This document shows, piece by piece, positions 50,869 through 64,000 of a stretch of 64,000 bases of DNA (positions are counted from its first letter, which is position 1; each line of letters opens with the position of its first letter). Made by a program: the position numbers and the translations under genes. The notes under the pieces are model-generated. The model had not been told where the DNA came from. It made no database searches and was given only the letters and a program-made list of their open reading frames with translations. Source of the stretch: the human T2T-CHM13v2.0 reference genome, Homo sapiens; NCBI RefSeq assembly GCF_009914755.1, contig NC_060947.1. One strand, 5' to 3'.

Positions 50869-52099
50869 GGCTGCAGAATGATGAGAGACTAGAAAGAACC
50901 TGGTGGCCCAGAATGCGGATCTGGGGGCCAGGGCCTCGGTGTGTGGTTCTGCAGGTTGTGCCCTGCGCAAGCTCACCCAAGTGAGTGGGGACAATCCAAT
51001 AGTCAAGACCTTTATCCTGGGGCCACTTTTTCCTAATTCTCTCAAAGGCATTGCAGCTCTCCAAGCTGTACATCTAGCAGGAGGAGGCACCTTATGAATT
51101 CCCAGTGCCCGGAGTGGGTGAGACTCCCCCCAATTCCCTTCTTTATTCTCTCTGGTGTCCATTTTGCTTCCCCAAACCCCCTCATACCTGTTCCTACTCA
51201 TGAGATTTTCATGTTTTAGGGGCATGTCTTGCCTAAGCCTCCTGACTCTTTATTCTTCCTGGAGCCTCACTCCTCTATAACTCCATCACCCTTTTACTGC
51301 CAGTGTCTCAATCCAGGCCCCCGGTTCTTACCTCAGGCAATGATAGAAATTATCTAGAAAACATTGTGAGTGCCTGCTTTGGCACACCTGAAATCTGGTC
51401 ACTTAAGCAATCAAGATGAGGAAGAGCTGGGAACGCTCAAGGCTCCTCCCATCCACCTCGTGTCACTCACTGTTCCCTTTCACTTACACATGTTTACTGA
51501 GCATCTAGTATGTATCAAACACTGTTCAAGGCTTTGGTGACACAACAATTCACAAAACAAGCATAAATAAATCCTCTAGCTATAACTAGCTTCTAGTTGT
51601 AGTTATAGTTCTGGTTTTGGTAGGTTATGTTCCCTTCGATTTCACCATTCTTCTCTCTTGGTCTGATGCCCTGAAAACCCTCCTCCTCTCTCTCCCTCCA
51701 GAAGGCCTCGTGGTACTTAGACACCCTGCAGGGATGAACTGTTTCTCACATGGGGAACATATGTGTAAATTTTGCTCTCCAAGTGCCTTTGCATCCGGGT
51801 CTGGCAAGAGTTCCAAATCATTGTTCTCCACCTTGGATCCACTTTCGTGTACTATTTATTGTTTTTTTGACTGACAGCCAGCAAAGGCGGGTAGGGGCAA
51901 GGGTGGCAATGAGCCCAGGCTCTGAAACATAGCATTTATTAGGAGCTGTGGGGTCATTTTTCCTGTTATTTTTCTTGATTGTGGCTGTGTTGTCCTTCAG
52001 TAAGTGTCTGTAGGCTTCTATTTGCTAGATGAGGTAGTGGCCGGCTCTGTCTCTTTCATTCCTCCCCTTTTTTCCTTTTTTCTTTTTTGCTTAAAAAAC

Positions 52100-53110
<1,011 letters not shown>

Positions 53111-53114
53111 ACCC

Positions 53115-53645
53115 TAGGCCCTCCCACTCTGTTCTCACAGTGACCGAGTTTCCTAGACACTGTCATACCAGGTGATCATCTCCTATCCAGCCCTCCTTCC
53201 TCTTGCTTCTCCTACCTCACTGCCAGATCAACCCTATTTAAGGTTTCCTTCTCCACAACATGTTCCCGATCTACTCCTCTGGCTGGAATTTAAGGCCCTC
53301 CACAGATGGATCCAGGCAACCTTTCCAACATCATCTCCTGCTGCCTGCCCTCAGCACACACTCAGGAAGTCTTTGGTTCCTCCAGATTCTTCCACTTGCG
53401 GGTCTCTCTCCAACATGTCCCCACCTGTTGCCTGCACACCTCTGGTCCTGCCACCATTCTCTACACCTAGTCTCAGTGTTCACTTCCACCTAGGAAAACC
53501 TCATTCATTTCTCACAACTTGCCTCAATGACAGCTTTCTTGGAAGCCTCTCCAGATAACTCCAGGCAGAGTCCCCCTCTCAGCTCCCACTGTACTTTATA
53601 TAGCATTTATTTCTCTATTATAGTATTTATCCCAGCAGCTTATAC
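53115..53645 (+). mobile_element. L2 fragment (diverged)
   Basis: 'ctggaatttaaggccctccacag...cattcatttctcacaacttgcctcaatgacagctttcttggaagcctctcc'. Confidence 0.55.
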
Positions 53646-56600
53646 AAATCAGACATAAAGCCTCTTGACTCTTTTGCTTGGAAAGTAAGTGTAACCAAAA
53701 TGGATCTCGTTTTCCTTTGTTGCTTAGAATTCCTTCAACAAACTAAACAAATGTGTATTACATACCTACTCTGCACTAGGTGCTGAGTGGTGGCTGAGCC
53801 AGATGAGGCTCCTGGCTTTGTGGCACTTCCAATGTGATGGGGTGAAGGGTGACATGCGTGGTTATCATCCTCTGAGAAAGTTGCCCTCCTCAGTCCTCCG
53901 AGGCACACCTGTCTGACTGGATGCTCAATTCCTAGTTTCTGTCCCCAGTGCCTGGCACCAACTAGGGGCCTCAGGGCGAGCTTGCTTGCATGGCAGGTCG
54001 GGCATTAAAAGTCTTGGACAGTTGAAGGAGGAGAACCATATTTCAGATAAGTCACAGAGGTGCCAAGAGGCCAGGAGCCTGTGACCTTCAGGCCAACCGC
54101 CCTGGGAGTTGCCTGGGAGGCCACATGATTTCTGGAACAAGGCAAAGGGTCTCAACTGAAAGAGATGGGCTTGGGGATGAGGGAGGAGATGGAGTAAGGA
54201 CCTGGCTACATTGCAGTCCTCCCCATTCCTTCCTCTTCCAGTCCAGCTTCCCCCATGTCCCTCTCATTCCTCCAGGAGCACACGACACTCTCGCCTGGTC
54301 TATCCAACTTAGGCTGACCACCCTGGTGGTTTTTAAATGAGTCATCTTCCTGTGTTTGGGAAGGGAAGACCCCCTCCAGGTTGCAAATGAAAAGGGTAGG
54401 TGGGGGCCTCTCCTGAGCCATCCCTCTCTCCACCCCTTTCTTCACCCTCTGCTCCCCCCAGCCCCTCTGTAGACATTCTCTGGCCAAGCTGCTAACAGAA
54501 AAGGAGGATTTTCTGTGTTACTAATATGTTAACGGTGCAGCTGTGACTCAGCCCTCATGCCCTCTGTAGAAGGAGGCTTGATTTCCATTTGCAAAAGGCA
54601 ATAGGGATCTGATGAGAGTCTTTCCTGTGTGGAAACATTTCCTGCTCTTGCCCAGTCGGATTGGCACCTTATTTAAACAGCCATAACAATACATCCTAAA
54701 TTGGGTAAGGGAAATGGAAAACAATGTTGAGAAGAACATAATGACCAGAATTGAATGTGAGCCTTGCCTCGTTAGGATTTGAGTGCAGCAAACCAGGAAT
54801 TAGGAGCCTTCTCTCTGGTCTAATCAGCTGCTTCACCCCGCGCACCCCAGGCTTCTCAGCCATTTCTTCTGAGAAGTTAGGGGGCCCATCCTCTCACTGG
54901 ATTCTTGCGACAGTCGCCTGACCAGTTTGCCTGTCTCCATTCTCTCCACCTCCAATCTTCTCCATTCTGGGGACAGGACGCTCCATAACTCCTTATGACC
55001 TCTGGCACAGTTTCCTAGAACTGTGTAAACTCCACCACACTAATTGAAATGCCTTCAAGAGGTACAGATGAACTTTTCTTTTTACTTGAATGCTTGCATA
55101 TTTATTTTTCTATATATGAGAGAAAAGTATAACCAGCATACCTGTGAAATCCATGATTTCACAGAGATATTATTGCTGAGAATGAGGCTGAAGTTCAGAA
55201 TCGTAGACTGGCAGAACAGAAAAGGGCCCGAGGGATCATCTCGCCATGCACATGTCTTTGCCTTCAGTTCCAATTTTTGTATGCTGTCTGACTACATCTC
55301 TGCGTGCTGACCTCCTACCCAACCTTCAAAGCCCATCTCAAAAGCTGCTTCTTTCATAAGTTACATGTTGTCTCTCCCAATAGACTGGGAACTGTTTGTA
55401 ATACGCTCCTCATTTTGGGGTCCACTCCTCCACCCCCATCTCATTCCCAGCACATAATTGGCCTCAAGCAATGTTTGTGGAAGAAATTAATACTCCTACC
55501 ATCTACAGCAACACAGAATAAGTCTGCTTCTCCTTCCCAGAACCTGAGCTTGGGATAGACACTCACAGCGAGCTCCTTGGTGGGGTCTCAAAGAGAGTGG
55601 GTGAGTTCCTTGAAGGCTGCTTGGAACCAAGGACTCCACCTAAGGACTTGGCCATCATGAAGAGAACCTCACAACTCTTCAACAAGGCCTCACTGAACAC
55701 CTGCTTACTCTGGGCCAGCTCTGCTGTAGGTGCCAGGGATACTCCATAGCCCTCTCTTCCAAGGAGATGCTGCAACGCTTTCTCTGCCATACTCCTCTGT
55801 CTACACTGTGTGGGTGGGAAGTAGAGCCTTCCTGCTTGCATATGTCAATGACAGGTTCCAGTACTATTTTGACAGGTTGTTCCAAAATGATTGCTTTTTG
55901 ATTGGTGCAGTAAGCTTTAGGAAACCCCCCAATCTCCACTCCCATCTCTCCAGTGCAATAAGCAGAACATTTTCAAACTCTTCCCTGGGCCACTTTAGCT
56001 GTTGTCTGAGCTGATCCGCATTCTGTCGTTCTTAATAGCTTCCCTTTCAGAGAATGACATGCTCTTCTGGACTCTTTCTCTCTCTTCTGAAATAGAGTTG
56101 GTTTTTTCTTGATTAGAAAAGTAAAATATGTGTGTCTGTTTACTTATTGGTAAAGAGTTTGTTACTTAAAGCTCTTTATATAGTAAAGATATTAACCCTT
56201 TTCTGTCCTATGCTGCAAATATCTTTTTCTTTCCCAATTTGCTATTTTCTCTTTGATTTTTGGTTTGTTGTGCTTTGGGATGTGCTAACATTTTTTTAAA
56301 TGATGCTGCCAAATATGTTGACATTTTCCTTTGTGATTTTAATGCTTAGAAAGTCTTGCCTCCTCCCAGACCAAATAAATACTCATCTATATTCTCCCCA
56401 AGTGGCGAGGATGACATTCATCGACCTCACCCCATTTGAGTTCTTTTGGGATCCCCTTTTCTAGCCTCCATGATGCCCCTCCCCCTGCAGTTAGCACAAT
56501 TTTTCTTCAGTTGAGGCACAAAGCAGTCATTAGGCTGGAGCTTTAAATATGCTAATGAGATCACCCTTTCCCCCGTCACTCTTTCAGCCCCTTTGTAAAA

Positions 56601-56877
56601 GGACAGCTTGGGGTGGATCCCTTTGCCTGTTGTCCCGTCTCCCGCTTCCTAACCCCCTTCTTTAGCAAGCGGGGAGAGAAAGAGAAAAAGGAAAGTGCTA
56701 ACTAACTTCAAGTATTGGAGGCTACCTAGATGTCACTCCATTTCCAGTGTACACTTTTCACCTCTCCTCAGCAACTACATTTTCAGTTAGGTCCGAATCC
56801 AGAGCTCCCAGTTAATGGAAAGTCCCTGCGCATCTAAACACTCAGACTTGAGCAAAGTCACGCAGCCAACAGCCCGA

Positions 56878-56945
56878 GTTCCCCAGCAACCGCCAGGCCG
56901 GGCTTGCTGCATCTTCTCCATCACTGGCACGGTTGCCATGGGAAC
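56878..56945. promoter_or_regulatory. Pair of RFX X-box-like motifs
   Basis: GTTCCCCAGCAAC (56878-56890) and GTTGCCATGGGAAC (56932-56945) in locally CpG-retaining, non-repeat sequence. Confidence 0.5.
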
Positions 56946-57129
56946 GCGAGCGCTAAATTACTTTGCGTGTTTGGAAGCTGAAGACCTCAGCTTTGACGCA
57001 TGTAGCCCAGAAATCGATTGACCTCCAATTAGGTTTTTGTTGTTTTCTTGAGGCATCTTTCTGTTTGTGTCTTGCCTATGCCTCTTGAGGACTGTGTTGG
57101 AGGGAGATCTGAGCATTTAGCTTAATTTT

Positions 57130-57550
57130 TGTAAAAAATTATTTCCACCTTGACTTATTCCAAAAAGGGTTTAAGGTGGCTTATAAGATACATCCTATAC
57201 TTGGAGAGAACCTAAATTAGATGTAAGGGAGGAAGATGAGGCAGAGAGAAAACAAGGGTAACTTGTGAAGAAGTCGTGATAGAAAGTGAATTTCAGCAAG
57301 TCCCCTCTTGATAAATGTGGGTCCCAAATTTGACTTTAACCTTTCATGGCAGATAACAAAAAGGGAGGTATGATCAGTTATAAGATTCATAGATAAAAGC
57401 AAATCAACTGCTTAACAGAAACGCAAATGTTCCGAACCTTGAGACTAAAAATCTACTTCTTTACTGGAGATTCTAAAAAAGATGTCACCTTTTTAGTCCT
57501 ATCACCTAGCATATTACTTGAACAGATGAAAGCATATTCTAACCTTGGTA
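57130..57550 (-). mobile_element. Ancient LINE fragment, L4 (RTE-X)-like
   Basis: 'ttattccaaaaagggtttaaggtggcttataa' resembles the recalled L4 3' end. Confidence 0.45.
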
Positions 57551-57769
57551 GGTGGTTTCTTTTATCAAAACTTTCCACTTTTGTTATTGTTGTTGTTAAA
57601 TAAGTAAATTGCTTTTTTTGTAATGGCAAAATAGAAAAAAATCGTGTAAATAACCATGGAATACTATGCAGCCTTTAAAATTTTTTACGGAATTATTACC
57701 ACCTAGATTTGGCCACCATTAACCCTTTTTTTAAAAGCGGACATTTTCCCATGTAAATCAGTACCTCCT

Positions 57770-58035
57770 TTCTGCAGGACAGTTGGGCAATATGTTTCAA
57801 AAGGCCTAAAAATGTATACATCCTTTGATGTGGCAATTCTACTCTTAGAAATGCATACTAAGGGAATAATCAAACGAGTGCTAGAGATGCATGTACAAAG
57901 ATGTGCATCAAAACATTGGTTATGATGTAAAGAGAAAGGGAGAAAATTCTGTGTTCCCTACAGTAGGTGACTGGTTATGTAAACTATGGAGCATCCATAT
58001 AGTGGGGCATTATGCAGCTGTTGAAAACAAAGATG
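57770..58035 (+). mobile_element. L1ME fragment (end of ORF2/3'UTR)
   Basis: 'ttgggcaatatgtttcaaaagg...atacatcctttgatgtggcaattctactcttagaaatgcatactaagggaataat'. Confidence 0.7.
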
Positions 58036-58169
58036 GAAGTGTCTATTTACCAACAGGCCTCCTAGACTATATCAAGCCTCACCAATATACTCTCTCAGCA
58101 CCCTGTACCCTTTATTCATTGCAGTTGTTATTGCTTCATAATATATGTATTTGTGTGCTTATTTAACGT

Positions 58170-58212
58170 CTGCGCACACACACACACACACACACACACA
58201 CGCTCACACACA
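58170..58212. repeat. (CA)n microsatellite
   Basis: tgcgcacacacacacacacacacacacacacgctcacacaca. Confidence 0.9.
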
Positions 58213-59270
58213 GACTGGCATGTCCATGAGGATGGAAACTAAGCCTGTTTTACTCCTTATTGGTATCCCAAGTACCTTGGTATGTAATAGATAATAAATA
58301 TTATATTTGTTGACCAATGGACTGGCTGAAGAAATGAATGAAAAATCAAGGCCACCAGGCATTCAATTCTTCAATTTCCCTCCCATCCATCCCAGACTTC
58401 CCTCAATCTCCAGCTGAGCCATCAGTGCTGCCTACAAATACTTTTACTTTTGTCTGGTCTCTATGGCAGCTGCTTTACGCCTTCCCTGGCTCTTGAGGCC
58501 GGACTACCTACCATCTCCTACTTTTAGACGATGATATCATCTCTTACTTCCCAGAGAAATTGGGAGCCAGCAAGTATGGAGTCCTTCAGTGCCCTTCCCT
58601 ACCAGGGCCTGATTCTGTGAACTTCAGACACCAGGAGGCCATTGGGAACCCAGGCTGGAGCACGTTGGGTAGATTGCTAGAAGGCAAAGCCAGACATCCC
58701 TGCCCACTTCTCTCTGTGAACCTCTCTCTCTAGCAATCCCCTTTCTTTCTGCCATCAAGCCTCTTGAAAAGGTACTTTATTTTCTGCCTCCCATTCATTC
58801 TGTCCTTGTTTGCATTCAAGGGCACAGTTAAGTATACTGTTGTGCACACCATTATCTATCCATGCAAGGTCCTTAAATTTTTTTATCTTATTTTTCCTTT
58901 CATCTCTAATCTCCACTCCCAGTTCCTCTTTAATGGTTTGATACATGCTGTTGGAAATGTCTTTGAAAATTACATAGTGTTTTCTGTGTTTATGTGCTTT
59001 TAATTTACATAAATAGTATTGATCCATAGATCATATTCTGTTTCTTTTTTCCCTCAACCCTCTGTTTTGAGGCCTTTCGGTGCTGCTATGTGCACATCTC
59101 GTTGATCACTTCTGTCTGACTTGGCACTCATCCACCACATTTTACTTCTCCCTTCCTCTGAGACTGTACATCTTGGTTCTGCCAACTGTCCATGACCACA
59201 AATAATGCTGCAATGAACCTTCCTCGACTTGCTCCTAGGGACCTGGGCAAGAATTTCTCTAAACCAGAGA

Positions 59271-60290
<1,020 letters not shown>

Positions 60291-60639
60291 CTGCCTGCCC
60301 CTTAACTCTTTATGATCTGTTAGGATTCTCCAGTTCCTTGTCCAGAAAATCCTCATTGTAAAGGACACCAGGATTGCTACCTGACCTGGCTTGCTAAGGC
60401 CCTATGCATGAGAGTGGACACTGTCTTTGTCCATCACATTGCAGGAGTGATTTGGTCTGCATGTCAGGGAGCTGCACAAATGTTGGACTACTGCACAGGA
60501 AGGCTGCCATTGCAGAGCAAGGCAGAGACACAGAGTTGTGACACAGAGTTTCAACATCAGTGCTCCCTGTTCTTCCCATTCTCCCCACTCAGACTGGACC
60601 ATCTCACCTGCTTTTTGGCTTCATATACTTCCAAGACCT

Positions 60640-61285
60640 TGTGACTGCTCCATTTGTATTTATTTCCAGCTCTGAGCTCTGGATCACATATCTTTACCAC
60701 CCTCTAGACACACAAACTGTGTCCCAGGCAAGCTCTCTCCTCCTCATCCCTGCACCTGCTGGTTTTCCAGGGTTCTCTAACTTAAGGAATGGCACCACCC
60801 ATTCTATCTCCATATCACCACCATGGTCTATTCTCCCTGTCTGGCCCCACCGCTCCACCCTGAGGCAAGCCTTCATCATGTCTCATCTGGGCCCCTTCCA
60901 GAGCCTCCTAACTGGTGTCCCGGCCCCTCTCCAATCAGCCTTCCACATTGCAGCCACCCTACTGATCTTCAGGTCACTCCCTTGCCCAAAGCTTCTGTGG
61001 CTCACTATCACCTTCAAGATAAAATCCACACCCATTCTCATGACATTTAAGGCCTCCCTGGTCTAGTTCCAACTACCTCATCTTCTACCTGGCTATACCA
61101 GATCACTTATTTTTCTTCCCAAATACGAGAAACCCTCATACCTTTATGCTGTTGCTCAAAACGTCCTCTTTGCCTAGAATGTCCTCTCTCCAAACCTCAT
61201 TTTACTGGCAAATGTTGCTTCATTCTTTTCGAGTTCGACATCACCTTTTCTTGATGCCCTTCCCTTCCTCTGAGGGAAGGAATTC
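60640..61285 (+). mobile_element. L2 fragment
   Basis: 'aggaatggcaccacccatt...aagccttcatcatgtctcatctggg...agcctcctaactggtgtccc...ctttgcctagaatgtcctct'. Confidence 0.7.
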
Positions 61286-61399
61286 AGTTCTGGGTGCTGA
61301 CAACTGGCAATGAATGGATGGCTGGGGAGTGAAAGGGGATTGCATCAAATGATGGCTGGGGTGGTTGAGGTTGCAGAATTTGAGCTGATCCCTAAAAGG

Positions 61400-61925
61400 A
61401 ATAATCTTAATGATAACTAACATTTACTGAGCACTTGCTATGCACCAGACCTTGCTCTATGCACTTTCTATGCATTCTCTTTCAGTCTCATTCTCTAGCA
61501 ACCCCAAACTCACTGTATCCTCACTTTAGAGATGAAAAAACTGAGGGCCAGGGTTCTATCAGCGGTTATGAAGCTTTACTGAGGGGCGGCTTGGTGATCT
61601 GCAGCAGAACACTTTCTTACCATAAATAGCAGAGTAGGGATAGCATCTAGAATCACTTGCAATTATGTCTGTCTTTCACACAAAGGGGAAAAAAGTGCAT
61701 TTGACCTCAGAAGCATGAGGCCATGTGGTGAAGCACAAAGACTAGTCTTTGAAGTCCATCTAGCTGTGTGACCTTGAGCCAATTTCCTGATCTCTCTGAG
61801 CTTCAGTTTCCTAAAGTGCGAATTGAGGATAGTAATAGCTCCATTGCAGGTTTGTGGTGCAGATGAGCTATGAGGAATGCCAAAGAATCCAGCATGGTGT
61901 TAGGTACATAGAGGGGCTCTGTCAA
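61400..61925. mobile_element. MIR elements (- at 61400-61560, + at 61715-61925)
   Basis: 'aacatttactgagcacttgctatgcaccag...tttagagatgaaaaaactgagg'; 'tagctgtgtgaccttgagcc...ctctctgagcttcagtttcc'. Confidence 0.75.
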
Positions 61926-62403
61926 CATCAATTCATTTTTCTCCCTCCCCAGTGTCTAAGGAAAGAAGTGTAGTATGGTGAAACTCACACTACCTCAGAA
62001 GTCAAAGGAGTTGTGGTTTGACTCTGGCACTAGTAAGGCTGTGCAACCCTCAGCAAGTTACTTGCCCTCTCTGGGCTTTGGTTTCTTCCTATACTTGTAA
62101 CATAAAGAAGTTTTGTTTTACAGCAGTTGGGTGTTTCCATTTTCTGTCATTGAATTGGGAAAATGATCAGGTCATGCCAACCTGGGATGCTGCGTGTTGT
62201 GGAAGTTAGGCATATCTGACAACGGGAAATACTTCCTGAAGACACAGCCTTCGGACCCCTGGTTACCTAGAAGGGAGCTCAGGACTCCTCATCGACAAAC
62301 ATAAAACCAGCTCCCTGCCCACTGCCCAACCTCCAGGAGATGCCCCCACAGGCTTGTGTGAGCCCAAGGCAGGCCTCAAGCTGATTCAAGGGCCCAGCTG
62401 CCC

Positions 62404-62417
62404 GTTGCCATGGCAAC
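62404..62417. promoter_or_regulatory. Perfect palindromic RFX X-box
   Basis: GTTGCCATGGCAAC. Confidence 0.65.
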
Positions 62418-62939
62418 ATTCCAGCTCGCTTTGCATAGTGACAGGGATGCTAGGCTTTGCTAACAAAGTGCTCTGTAAAGGACTTCATGTCTTTGGCAGG
62501 GACAATTCCGCCTTCTTTTTCACATGAATAACTCTGGGGGCTGTGAGGAGGGATTTGGCAAGTCACTTCCCCTGTCTTGGCCTGCGCCCTTGGGTTTTCC
62601 TTGAAGGCACAAGTTGGCAGCTTTTTATTTTTCTATTTCCAAATATACCATCACTACCCTCCTCCTGACCACTCCCCACTCCAAAGGAAAGAATGGTTTT
62701 TCCCTTACTTAGAGCTCTGGTGAACTCGGTGTGTTTATGAAAATGGAAGGAATGGACTGTTCGAATCACTCACATACCCTTGGCTGATTGCTGGATCAAA
62801 TTGTCCTCAATCCCTTTTTCTTTTTTCGGAATGCCCAATGTTTTTCAGGATTGAAACAGGAAGACCCTATATTGTCCTGGTGAATTACTCCCTGGAGCAG
62901 GAAACATATTTGGAATCCTGAGTAGGCTGGGAAGGAAGC

Positions 62940-63100
62940 CAGGCAGACCTGGGTGAATCCTGCTTTCATCACTTACAAGCTGTGTGATCTTTGGCAAGTT
63001 ACTTAACTTCCCCTAATCTCAGTTTTCTCATACGTGCAATGGGGATGGTAATACAGCCTTCATGGGTATGATGGTGAAATTGTTATGAGGTTTAAATATA
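62940..63100 (+). mobile_element. MIR SINE
   Basis: 'cacttacaagctgtgtgatctttggcaagttacttaacttccc...ctcagttttctcat...aatggggat'. Confidence 0.8.
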
Positions 63101-63104
63101 TCTT

Positions 63105-63735
63105 ATGCTTGCCTGCTTCTCTCTGTTTCCGTCACCCTGATCCTGGCCCATCATCTTTTGCCTGGACTACTACGATAGCCTCCTGCCCATTTCTACTGGA
63201 ACTTCCCTCCAGCCCTTTGTTTACATAGCAGACATGGTGGTCTTTTAAACATTTAAATCATATCCTGTCGCTCCCTTGCTTAAAATGCTCTAATGGTTTC
63301 CCATTGCACTTCAGATAACATCCACCTCTTACCCCCTACCTCTTCCACCCTAGACATGCTGGCTTCCTTTCCATTTCTCAAAGACATCGAGGTCCCTCTC
63401 ACTTCGTGGCCTCATGGCCTTGGCACTTTCTGTTCCCTCTGCCAGCTCCTTCTCAGGCTCAGTTCTTAGCTCGGAGAGAACTTCTCTTACCACTCATCCA
63501 AACTAGCTCCCCATGCCTGCCCCATCCCTTGCCATCACACATCACCATGCTGATTTCCTTCATGGCACTTCTCAGGAACTAGTCCTACCTTGATTATTCG
63601 TGTACTTGGTTATTGTCTGTCTCCTCTGCCTGGATTGTAAACTCTTTACATCTGCCTCATTAACCTCTATCACCCACTGCCCAGCACAGGGCCTAATATA
63701 ATAGGCTCAATAAAATCTATTGAATGAATGAATGA
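63105..63735 (+). mobile_element. L2 3' portion
   Basis: 'gcctggactactacgatagcctcct...taatggtttcccattgcact...gcccagcacagggcct...gctcaataaaatctattgaatgaatgaatga'. Confidence 0.8.
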
Positions 63736-63849
63736 GGTAGGTAGAGCATTGAGAACAAAGCCTGAAAGATAATAGAGTGCAATACATGTTTGTTACTTTC
63801 TTTTTGTCTTCTTCCATCATCTGGTTGTAAGGCAGAGGGTGGTGTGCTA

Positions 63850-64000
63850 GACCTGTGGCCTCCAAAGTGGATATATCGTCTATTAGGGTGCAAGGAGAAA
63901 ATATTAGAATTTCTATTAACAGTCATCTTTATCATATCCTAATTTCCATGTTTGTTTATGTTTTAAATTTTATAAAACTGATTAGCACAGTAGTACATAT
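63850..64000. mobile_element. hAT-Charlie-like DNA transposon end, runs off the window
   Basis: 'cctccaaagtgg...tagggtgcaaggagaaaatattagaatttctatt' resembles recalled Charlie18a-type termini. Confidence 0.45.

Noticed and set aside
50536-51225. Poly-E, poly-K/R and poly-L ORFs of up to 175 aa
   Set aside because: Artefacts of the GA-rich microsatellite.
60560-61066. 168-aa ORF on the + strand
   Set aside because: Lies within a diverged L2; pyrimidine-rich chance ORF with a non-ATG start.

Overview
Primate (almost certainly human) genomic DNA made up mostly of interspersed repeats: Alu, old L1M, L2, MIR, MaLR/ERVL LTRs and hAT DNA transposons. The only recognisable protein-like sequence is an intact, full-length processed copy of RPS26 (46164-46511, +) with a poly(A) tail and a 14-bp target-site duplication. 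From memory its translation matches human RPS26P11, which would place the window inside the large first intron of NHSL2 on Xq13.1 (not verified). Other points of note: a CpG island with a CTCF-like site (~19950-20500), a tailless 5S rRNA retro-fragment, a twin-primed inverted L1 fragment, a probable Alu-associated deletion inside an L1, RFX X-box motifs, several non-B-DNA microsatellites, and a speculative short coding alternative first exon at 4695-4743. I found no convincing novel multi-gene system. Almost all ORFs in the supplied track are chance ORFs or repeat-derived. Repeat subfamily names come from recalled consensus sequences and boundaries are approximate.
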